This document shows, piece by piece, positions 25,582 to 32,000 of a stretch of 32,000 bases of DNA. This DNA comes from Mycolicibacterium smegmatis (lineage in GTDB: Bacteria; Actinomycetota; Actinomycetes; Mycobacteriales; Mycobacteriaceae), in contig NZ_LN831039.1 of the NCBI RefSeq assembly GCF_001457595.1, forward strand, positions 6,900,001-6,932,000, in the 5' to 3' direction. The position numbers and the translations under genes were made by a program. Each line of letters starts with the position of its first letter. Position 1 is the stretch's first letter. The notes under the pieces are model-generated. The model made no database searches. It was not told the DNA's origin and worked only from the letters and a program-made list of their open reading frames with translations.

Positions 25582-25604
25582 ATACGTTCGGCTCGAACTG
25601 TATA
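25582..25604. promoter_or_regulatory. Candidate GntR operator: GTTCG-GCT-CGAAC core within imperfect ATACGTTCG...CGAAC(T)GTAT palindrome
   Basis: Read directly. Core 25586-25598 is a perfect 5+3+5 palindrome and lies 15-37 bp upstream of the gntR start. Confidence 0.3.
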
Positions 25605-25759
25605 CGGAAGATAGCCGACGTATTCAGTTTGCGGGTTACGTTTGCGAAAAATTGCTGTTGCATCCGTAAGTGCGGTTACGCTCTGGCGCGGTCGCGTGCC
25701 GTACCGCTCCGACCGAGACACCGGCCCGACGGCTCGGATTTGTCTGGGGCGTCGGTACT

Positions 25760-26010
25760 TCTTCGCTGCGTTGTCCAGCTACACCACCGCCCTGGCCGTC
25801 GAGCTGGCACCCATCCGCGTCAACGCGGTCGCGCCGGGCATGATCCGCACCCCGATGTGGGATGCGATGCCTGAAGCCGACCAAGAGCCTTGTACGACCG
25901 AGAAGTGCAACGAACTCCCGTGGCCATCGGCGAAGTAGACGACGCGGTACGCGCCTACGTCTACTGCATGGACCAGGCCTTCAGCAGCGGCGCTATTGGT
26001 CTGATGTGCC
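25760..26010 (+). pseudogene. Remnant of an SDR gene (5'-truncated, frameshifted)
   Basis: Frame of ORF 25642 gives YTTALAVELAPIRVNAVAPGMIRTPMWDAMPEADQE, an SDR C-terminal half. Similarity then moves to the frame of ORF 25890 (LYDREVQRTPVAIGEVDDAVRAYVYCMDQAFSSG) around 25888-25890. No Rossmann TGxxxGxG or YxxxK is found upstream. Confidence 0.5.
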
Positions 26011-26058
26011 ATCGAGGGACTGGACCCGGCAGACAACACGAAGAGCGTTGGCGCGCAG

Positions 26059-27018
26059 TTACTTCTTCGAGGATCGTGATGTTGCGTCTGTGCGTGCCGC
26101 CTTCGTGCGGCTGGGATTCGTGAGTTGAGATCGGACGTCGCTCGGCACGTACACGCCTCGGGTTTGAAGATCGCCGATGAATCGGGCGGTCAGCGGATCA
26201 GGCTTGGCGGGGGTTACGGCTACGAGCTTCCTGACCCATCGCGGCGAAAATGATCGGACTGCGCCTGGAAACCCTGCACCGACCGCGCTTACCGGGCAGA
26301 TCGCCACGCCAAGGCCGGCCGCGGCGAGCTGAGGCGCCGCAGCGCTCGCCGCTGTCCTCATCACTGTCTCTGTGTGAACCCCGGCGGCTGTCAGCGACCG
26401 GTCCAACCATCCGCCGAGGCCGTTCTCCGGTGTGAAGTGCACGATCTGCGCGCCTTGCAGATCCGGCATGCGCACGGTCGAACCACGGGTCAGCGGATGC
26501 CCCGACGCAGCCGCCAACACGATCTCTTCGTCGGCCACGAAAGTCGTCGCGAAGCGGTCAGGCACCGGCAGAGGCACCAGCGCCATGTCGATCTCGCCGG
26601 CGTCGACGAGATCGAGAAATGTTTCTATCGTGGCCGCCTCGCGCAAGGTGATCGCCACGTCCGGATGCCTGCGATGCCAGCGGCGGATGACAGGGGCGAG
26701 TAGTGGCACGGTCAGGCTTTGCGCGCAGGCCAGTCGCAGCGCTCCGCCTGCCGCCTCACCCACGGCACGTGCCGATCTCACGGCCGAAGCGGCCGCGTCG
26801 ATGGCCCGCCTGGCATCGGCGACGGCAGCTCGGCCCGCCGGTGTCAGCGTCACGCCCCGAGGTTCCCGGCGGAGCAGAACCGTCTGGGCCTCGCGTTCCA
26901 GCACGGCCAGCTGGTGTGAGACAGCGGGTTGCGACGAATGCAGCAGTCGAGCTGCTTGCGTGATCGATCCGCTGTTGGCGACCGCCACGAGACACTCCAA
27001 CGCCCGAAGAGACGGCAT
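26059..27018 (-). CDS. LysR family transcriptional regulator
   Basis: 319 aa with ATG start. HTH LRALECLVAVANSGSITQAARLLHSSQPAVSHQLAVLE plus a LysR substrate-binding domain. Confidence 0.9.
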   Translation of the reverse strand: MPSLRALECLVAVANSGSITQAARLLHSSQPAVSHQLAVLEREAQTVLLRREPRGVTLTPAGRAAVADARRAIDAAASAVRSARAVGEAAGGALRLACAQSLTVPLLAPVIRRWHRRHPDVAITLREAATIETFLDLVDAGEIDMALVPLPVPDRFATTFVADEEIVLAAASGHPLTRGSTVRMPDLQGAQIVHFTPENGLGGWLDRSLTAAGVHTETVMRTAASAAAPQLAAAGLGVAICPVSAVGAGFPGAVRSFSPRWVRKLVAVTPAKPDPLTARFIGDLQTRGVYVPSDVRSQLTNPSRTKAARTDATSRSSKK

Positions 27019-27244
27019 CCATGAAATCTATATCGAGAACGGATTGCCGCATGCATTTCGATACGTGGTCCGAGCATCCAGAGGGCGCCGCGGCTTGGAA
27101 CTCTGCCCTCCAAGATTTGGATGATGAGGCTCCAGAACATCGATTCTTTCTGCGGAAGCCGACATCACCGCTGCGTGTTGGAAGGCGTATGCCAGCCGCA
27201 GACGGTGCTCCGTCGCACGGGACCATGATCGAGAGGGAATCAAG

Positions 27245-27787
27245 ATGAAGATCGTCACCATCGGACGCGGAATGATCGGCGGCGGCCTCGCTCGGTTGTG
27301 GCGGGACTCCGGACACGACGTGGACGAGCTCGGCCGTGACGGAGGGGATGCCTCCGACGCCGACGTCCTTCTCGTTGCGGTACCCGGCAATGAAATTTCG
27401 TCCGCTTTGGCGAAAGTCACCGGTTTGGACGGGAAGGTCGCCATCGACGCGACGAACATCATGCCCCAGCGCCACGGCGAATTCCCCTCGTATGCACACG
27501 AAGTCAAGTCCTTCACCCGCGGACCGGTCGCGAAGAGCTTCAACATGAACTTCGGAGATCTCTTCGACCGCGTGCGCGAACAGCGCGTGCGGCCCAGTAA
27601 CTGGTACGTCGCCGACGAGGACGCGCGCGGGGTCACCGAACAGCTCATCAGCGACGCCGGTTACGACCCGGCGCGCGTCGGAGATCTCTCCCGAGCTCGT
27701 GATTTCGAAGATGCGGTCTGGCTTCTCATGGGCGTGAAACCGCAAGGGGGCGTGTTCTATCGATTCGCCGTACCCGGCCAGCTCTGA
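27245..27787 (+). CDS. NAD(P)-binding oxidoreductase of the F420-dependent NADP oxidoreductase (NpdG/Fno-like) family
   Basis: 180 aa with GAGAGGGA RBS. Rossmann MKIVTIGRGMIGGGLA and ADVLLVAVPGNEI. Shorter than the roughly 220 aa I recall for typical members. Confidence 0.75.
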   Translation: MKIVTIGRGMIGGGLARLWRDSGHDVDELGRDGGDASDADVLLVAVPGNEISSALAKVTGLDGKVAIDATNIMPQRHGEFPSYAHEVKSFTRGPVAKSFNMNFGDLFDRVREQRVRPSNWYVADEDARGVTEQLISDAGYDPARVGDLSRARDFEDAVWLLMGVKPQGGVFYRFAVPGQL

Positions 27788-27852
27788 GACACAAACGGCG
27801 CCGCTGACTCAGCTCCCGTCGAATCCGAACTCATCAATCGAAGGATCGAATC

Positions 27853-28678
27853 ATGGCTCGTCCGATACGAATCGGCGTAACACTGCAGCCCGCCAACGCC
27901 CCCGACTACGCCACCTGGCGCAGTGCGGTGATCCATGCCGAAGAACTCGGCGCTGACCTGGTCTTCGGCTGGGATCACTTCCACCGACCCGAGATGGCCG
28001 AACTCAATCAGGGAGTCCCGGTGCTGGCCGAGGTGCAGCCCGACGTCACCAACTTCGAGGGTTGGACTGCATTGGCGTCCTGGGGGGGAGATCACTCACC
28101 GCGCCCAGATCGGGCTGCTGGTGACCGGGATGGGTTACCGCAACCCAGATCTGCTCGCCGACATGGCCCGCACCGCCGATCACATCAGCGGCGGACGCCT
28201 GGTGCTGGGCCTCGGCGCGGGCTGGTACGAGAAGGATTACACCACCTACGGATACGAATTCGGCACGTGGAAGACACGATTCGACTTGTTCGAGGCCGGG
28301 CTGGAACGCATCACGGCACGCTTCGACAAGCTCATCCCAACGCCCGTCCGCACGATACCCATCCTCATCGGCGGCACCGGCCCCAAGCGCACGTTGCCCT
28401 TGGTCGTTCGATACGCCGACATCTGGCACACCTTCCTCTCGGTCGAGGGCTTCACCGAGGCCACGGCCCGACTCGACGAGATGGCGGCCGCAGCAGGACG
28501 CGACGGGAACGACATCGAACGCTCGGTGCACTGGTTCGGCGTCGACAGTGCCGAGGACTACCGCGCTGCCGGCGCAACCATCTTCGTCCACGAGATCGCG
28601 CCCGATCCCGCCACCGGATACGACTTCACCACCCTCGAAGAGATGCTGACCTGGCGTGACCATCACAACGGCGGCTAG
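27853..28678 (+). pseudogene. LLM-class (luciferase-like) F420-dependent oxidoreductase interrupted by a frameshift at a G7 run
   Basis: Frame 1 (27853) reads MARPIRIGVTLQPANAPDYATWRSAVIHAEELGADLVFGWDHFH...NFEGWTALASWG and then becomes R/P-rich junk. Frame 2 (track ORF 27935..28678) continues GEITHRAQIGLLVTGMGYRNPDLLADMARTADHISGGRLVLGLGAGWYEKDY...ILIGGTGPKRTL. The switch coincides with GGGGGGG at 28082-28088. Confidence 0.75.
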
Positions 28679-28722
28679 CGTGCGGCGCTGCCCACCTGCG
28701 CTGGGGTCTTCGAGCTCGTTTC

Positions 28723-29085
28723 TTATGAGGATGTCGGTACTTGTGGCGGCATCGGACGACCGTCGTCGTCAACAGGGGCGCCGGCCCATACTCGCAGCGC
28801 GTCCAGCGCCGGCCCCAATCCCCGCCCACGTTCGGTGAGCCGATAGGTCACGGTGATCGGCGGCCCAGGGTCGACATCCCGTTCGACCAGTCCGGCGTGT
28901 TGGAGTTCAACGAGTCGCTCGCTCAAGACGCGCTTGGACAGTCTCGGTAGGGCTGCGTCCAGCTCGTTGAAACGGGCTGGTCGCTGTAGAAGAAGGTCGA
29001 TGATCAGTCCGGTCCAGCGCTTGCCGAGGAGGCCGAAGACCTCTTCGGTGTACGAGCACGATCGCAGCGGGCTCGACTCGGTCAT
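28723..29085 (-). CDS. HxlR family (MarR-like wHTH) transcriptional regulator
   Basis: 120 aa. CSYTEEVFGLLGKRWTGLIIDLLLQRPARFNELDAALPRLSKRVLSERLVELQHAGLVER is the canonical HxlR pattern. Confidence 0.85.
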   Translation of the reverse strand: MTESSPLRSCSYTEEVFGLLGKRWTGLIIDLLLQRPARFNELDAALPRLSKRVLSERLVELQHAGLVERDVDPGPPITVTYRLTERGRGLGPALDALRVWAGAPVDDDGRPMPPQVPTSS

Positions 29086-29114
29086 ACCTCAGATGATACG
29101 AGCCGCGCCGTCTC

Positions 29115-29152
29115 GATATCTGGTAGTAATAAGTAACTAGATTATTTTCTTG
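29115..29152. promoter_or_regulatory. AT-rich divergent promoter region with imperfect palindrome TAGTAATAAGTAACTA
   Basis: gatatctggtagtaataagtaactagattattttcttgc is the most AT-rich stretch I noticed in the window. It lies between the hxlR-like start (29085) and the amidohydrolase start (29179). TAGT...ACTA outer arms span 29124-29139, with 5 of 8 arm positions paired. Confidence 0.35.
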
Positions 29153-29178
29153 CAGCATCACAGCGGTGCTTATACAAC

Positions 29179-30444
29179 ATGCGAGGAGAGCGAAGCGTGC
29201 CTGAGTCGGTCCCTGCAAGCAGCGCTCACCAGCCCGCAACGTATGACCTGGTGATCCACCGCGCGCACGTGTTCGACGGGCACCAAGCGCACACCGGACT
29301 GCGTGATGTCGGCGTCAACGGCGGACAGATCGCCGACGTATCGGCAGAACCACTGCGGGGCGAGACAGAGGTGGACGCGGCCGAAGGCTGGGTCCTGCCG
29401 GGTCTGATCGACACCCACGTGCATTTTTACGATGTGGCTGCCGTGACCGATCCGGCTTCGATGCGGACGTTCGAGGAAAATGAACTGGCGGACCGGCTCA
29501 AATCCTTCCTGCGGCATGGGATTACCACGATAAAGTCCGTGGGCGATCCGACCGACGAAGTATTGAGAACGCGGTCGAGGATCGCTGCGGGAACGCTACG
29601 AGGCCCTCGATTCCTCGCAACGGGCTGCGGTATCACCGGTCGGGACGGACATCCCGCCTCCACGGTCTTCGCCAACAATCCGTGGGCGCGTCAACGCTTC
29701 ACCAGAGAAGTGGACAGTGCCGCGCAGATGCAGGATGTCGTCCACCACTTGGCCGACCGCAAGGTGGACGCAATCAAGCTCCTGTCTGAAGGCGCGTGCG
29801 CGTGCGCCACCTCGCCGGAATACCTCTGGCGCAATCCGGCATTTCCGACCGCTGTCGAACTCACACGACTGTCCCCCGAGTTGCTCAAGGCGGGCATCGA
29901 CACCGCCCACGAGCGAGGCCTCAGGGTCACTGTCCACACCACCCAGCAAGCCGCGGCGCGCGAAGCCATCGAGGCCGGTGCGGACGGCCTCGAACATGGT
30001 GTCACGGTTGAACCCATCACCGATCACGCGCTTGTCGATCTCATGGTCGAACGCGACACCACGTACACGCCCACACTCTGGATCGACGACGCGGCGCATC
30101 CCGACACCCGGGGCAACTTGAAGAAAGTCGCCGATGCGGGCGTCACCATCGTCATGGGCAGTGACACCTTCAGCGGCCGTGGCTTGTTCGGGGCGAATAC
30201 GTTGGAAGAAGCCGAACTGATGGTCGCAGCCGGGATGACGCCGCTCCAGTCCCTGGTCGCAGGAACCAGTGCTGCGGCACGCCAGTGCGTCCGCCCCGAT
30301 CTTGGCGCGGTGGCGCCCGGCAAGCGCGCCGACCTGGTGGTGCTGACCGCAGATCCCACTCGGGACATCGGCAACCTGCGCAACCTTGCCATGACAATTC
30401 TCGATGGTGAGATCGTCGTCGACAACCGCCAAGGCACGACCTAA
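29179..30444 (+). CDS. Metal-dependent amidohydrolase family protein (COG1228-like)
   Basis: 421 aa; alternative GTG start at 29197 after AGGAGA. Motifs GLIDTHVHF (HxH), VTVHTT, LEHG and IVMGSDT. Confidence 0.85.
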   Translation: MRGERSVPESVPASSAHQPATYDLVIHRAHVFDGHQAHTGLRDVGVNGGQIADVSAEPLRGETEVDAAEGWVLPGLIDTHVHFYDVAAVTDPASMRTFEENELADRLKSFLRHGITTIKSVGDPTDEVLRTRSRIAAGTLRGPRFLATGCGITGRDGHPASTVFANNPWARQRFTREVDSAAQMQDVVHHLADRKVDAIKLLSEGACACATSPEYLWRNPAFPTAVELTRLSPELLKAGIDTAHERGLRVTVHTTQQAAAREAIEAGADGLEHGVTVEPITDHALVDLMVERDTTYTPTLWIDDAAHPDTRGNLKKVADAGVTIVMGSDTFSGRGLFGANTLEEAELMVAAGMTPLQSLVAGTSAAARQCVRPDLGAVAPGKRADLVVLTADPTRDIGNLRNLAMTILDGEIVVDNRQGTT

Positions 30445-30464
30445 CTTTCGCAGGAAATGCACTC

Positions 30465-31334
30465 ATGAGGACGTGGTTCATCACCGGTATGAGCACCGGC
30501 TTCGGCCGCTTGCTGACCGAAAGGCTGCTTGCGGCAGGCGATCGCGCAGCCGGCACACTCCGCGATCTCTCATCCGCCGACGACCTGAAAGAACAGTTCG
30601 GCGATCGACTGTGGCTGGCACCCCTTGACCTGACCCATACCCACGAGATCCGGCCGACCGTCGACGCTGCCTGGGCTGCCATGCACCGTATCGACGTGCT
30701 GGTCAGCAACGCCGGCTACGGCCTGCTCGGCGCGGCCGAAGAGGTCACCGACGCACAGATCCGGCATCAGATCGACACCAATCTCCTCGGATCGATACAG
30801 CTCATACGGGCGGCCCTCCCCCACTTCCGTGCGCAGCACAGCGGCCGTATCCTCCAAATCTTAAGCCTAGGAGGACAAGTCACCATCCCTGGCAGCTCGC
30901 TTTATCATGCGACAAAGTGGGGAATCGAGGGATTCATGGAAGCAGTTGCACAAGAGGTGGCAGTATTCGGGATCAGCTGCACTATCGTCGAACCCGGCGC
31001 CGCCCGTACCGGGTTCCGTAACCGAAGCGCAGTCGTCGGACCACGCATCCCCGCCTACGACCGCTCGCCTTCACGGAGGATGAATGACATCCACGACGAC
31101 AAGTCGATCACCTCCCCTGGGGACCCGGTCAAGATGGTCGACGCCATGATTACCTCCGTGGAGCAAGATCCCGCCCCACTACGCCTGGCGCTGGGCAGCG
31201 ACAGCTACTCCTACATCAAGACGGCCCTCACCACCCGTCTGGCCCAACTCGAAGCCCAAAGAGGCCTGGCTCTCTCGACCGATGCTGCAGACCAAGGCAA
31301 CAGCCCGAACTGGTTTCAGTCAGACAACGGCTGA
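30465..31334 (+). CDS. Short-chain dehydrogenase/reductase (classical SDR)
   Basis: 289 aa. Motifs ITGMSTGFG, SNAGYG and YHATKWG (YxxxK). Confidence 0.9.
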   Translation: MRTWFITGMSTGFGRLLTERLLAAGDRAAGTLRDLSSADDLKEQFGDRLWLAPLDLTHTHEIRPTVDAAWAAMHRIDVLVSNAGYGLLGAAEEVTDAQIRHQIDTNLLGSIQLIRAALPHFRAQHSGRILQILSLGGQVTIPGSSLYHATKWGIEGFMEAVAQEVAVFGISCTIVEPGAARTGFRNRSAVVGPRIPAYDRSPSRRMNDIHDDKSITSPGDPVKMVDAMITSVEQDPAPLRLALGSDSYSYIKTALTTRLAQLEAQRGLALSTDAADQGNSPNWFQSDNG

Positions 31335-31389
31335 TGCGCGGACGGAAACCGGATAGCCGGCTCACTTGTCAAAGCCCAGGCGGTGTCGG

Positions 31390-32000
31390 ATGAACACATC
31401 TGGTAAACCACCACCCAACGGTGGCAACGCCGACAAGCTCGCCGAGCTACGCAACGCGATCCGTGGCATCGAAGCCGCCGAATCGACCTTCGGCGAGACA
31501 CGCCAGTCCACAACGGGCGACAACGGCACCACCGGACAAACTCATGCGCGCGGCACCTATGAGCCGATCACCTACCACGGCATGCCGGAAGGCCAGGACT
31601 GGATGCAGCGCCTGCCCGCTCGCTACAAGCACGGAGAGCGCGGATTCGACCGGCGCATCATGGAAGAACTCGCCGCCGTCGGCGTGCCGTGCTACACCCT
31701 CGGCGACCTGTCCAATCGCGTGCGGACGATCCCCCAAGGTATTCCCATCTTCATCGACTGGCTCACACACCTCGAAGACCGCATCCCCGGCGCCGATACA
31801 CCCCATCGTGAGGCGATCCGGGCAGGGCTGATCCGCAACCTCAATGACCCCGCAGCACGGGGAAACCCGGCCGCCATCAATGCCCTCGTCGTCCAACTGC
31901 GCCGACAGCCCCCGCTGCGCAGCGGACTGATCGGATACGCCACCGAGGCGCTCGCACACATCGCCACCAAACGCGACTGCCCCACGATCGTCGAACTCAT
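31390..32000 (+). CDS. Hypothetical protein (partial, continues beyond the window)
   Basis: Absent from the ORF track because it has no in-window stop. My translation from ATG 31390: MNTSGKPPPNGGNADKLAELRNAIRGIEAAESTFGE...ITYHGMPEGQDWMQRLPARYKHGERGFDRRIMEELAAVGVPCYTLGDLSNRVRTIPQGIPIFIDWLTHLEDRIPGADTPHREAIRAGLIRNLNDPAARGNPAAINALVVQL... It is open to nt 32000 with mostly G/C-ending codons. The competing track ORFs (31421..31831 +, 31447..31959 -, 31692..32000 -) are R/S/P-rich. I recognise no family. Confidence 0.5.
   Translation, partial: MNTSGKPPPNGGNADKLAELRNAIRGIEAAESTFGETRQSTTGDNGTTGQTHARGTYEPITYHGMPEGQDWMQRLPARYKHGERGFDRRIMEELAAVGVPCYTLGDLSNRVRTIPQGIPIFIDWLTHLEDRIPGADTPHREAIRAGLIRNLNDPAARGNPAAINALVVQLRRQPPLRSGLIGYATEALAHIATKRDCPTIVEL

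Noticed and set aside
27021-27248. 75-aa + ORF filling the LysR / NADP-oxidoreductase intergenic region
   Set aside because: Many A/T-ending codons, unlike the local genes, and no RBS. It starts 3 nt from the LysR start and ends by overlapping the next start codon. A promoter or operator region is the more likely reading (ATCGA/TCGAT repeats are present).
26756-27745. 329-aa minus-strand ORF spanning the LysR 5' end, the intergenic gap and the NADP oxidoreductase gene
   Set aside because: It crosses a clear divergent promoter region, is antisense to a gene with a Rossmann motif, and has no recognisable domains.
30860-30871. Adjacent CTTAAG and CCTAGG sites as a sign of an engineered or cloning junction
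   Set aside because: The reading frame and SDR motifs run uninterrupted through the sites, and no vector-like sequence flanks them. Two hexamers are insufficient evidence. Retained only as part of the atypical-codon patch finding.
1-32000. Scan for CRISPR arrays, tRNA/rRNA, IS elements or integrases, toxin-antitoxin pairs and known defence-system genes
   Set aside because: No regularly spaced repeats and no cloverleaf-like or rRNA-like segments were noticed. No ORF shows transposase/integrase, nuclease-helicase, methyltransferase or small TA-pair characteristics. This was a manual scan only, so short or degenerate elements could have been missed.

Overview
High-GC, actinobacterial-type chromosomal DNA. 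The protein set looks Mycobacteriaceae/Nocardiaceae-like: F420-linked enzymes, Tat/lipobox lipoproteins, and many long antisense shadow ORFs. G+C was not computed for the window; by eye it is about two thirds.

I support about 34 protein-coding genes, two of them decayed. They are tightly packed and arranged as regulator-headed catabolic or transport modules:
1. 1-2110: MmgE/PrpD-family gene (partial) divergent from an IclR regulator.
2. 2112-6707: TetR divergon. tetR plus a class II aldolase on the + strand, facing cupin, SnoaL/NTF2, SDR and epoxide hydrolase on the - strand. Two near-identical 25-bp palindromic operators lie in the gap.
3. 6898-16652: IclR regulator, a 5-gene family-5 (Dpp/Opp-type) ABC importer, an HTH-less ROK protein, then a creatininase-fold amidase, a GlucD-type enolase-superfamily enzyme and a beta-lactamase-fold serine hydrolase.
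4. 16677-25567: a nine-gene minus-strand array. GntR(FCD), a Liv-type ABC importer (SBP, 2 permeases, 2 ATPases), a 377-aa protein made of three tandem RidA/YjgF-like domains, an aldehyde dehydrogenase and a crotonase.
5. 25568-32000: a lower-GC3, partly decaying accessory stretch. It holds an SDR gene remnant, LysR, an F420-type NADP oxidoreductase, an LLM-class oxidoreductase broken at a G7 run, HxlR, an amidohydrolase, an SDR with an atypical-codon patch, and a partial hypothetical gene.

I saw no rRNA, tRNA, CRISPR array, transposase/integrase, toxin-antitoxin, recognisable defence system, or PKS/NRPS/RiPP genes.

The best candidates for something undescribed are metabolic rather than defence-related: the module-3 enzyme set, which matches no pathway I know, and the single-chain triple-RidA protein in module 4. 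Both are inference from sequence motifs and need database and experimental checks.
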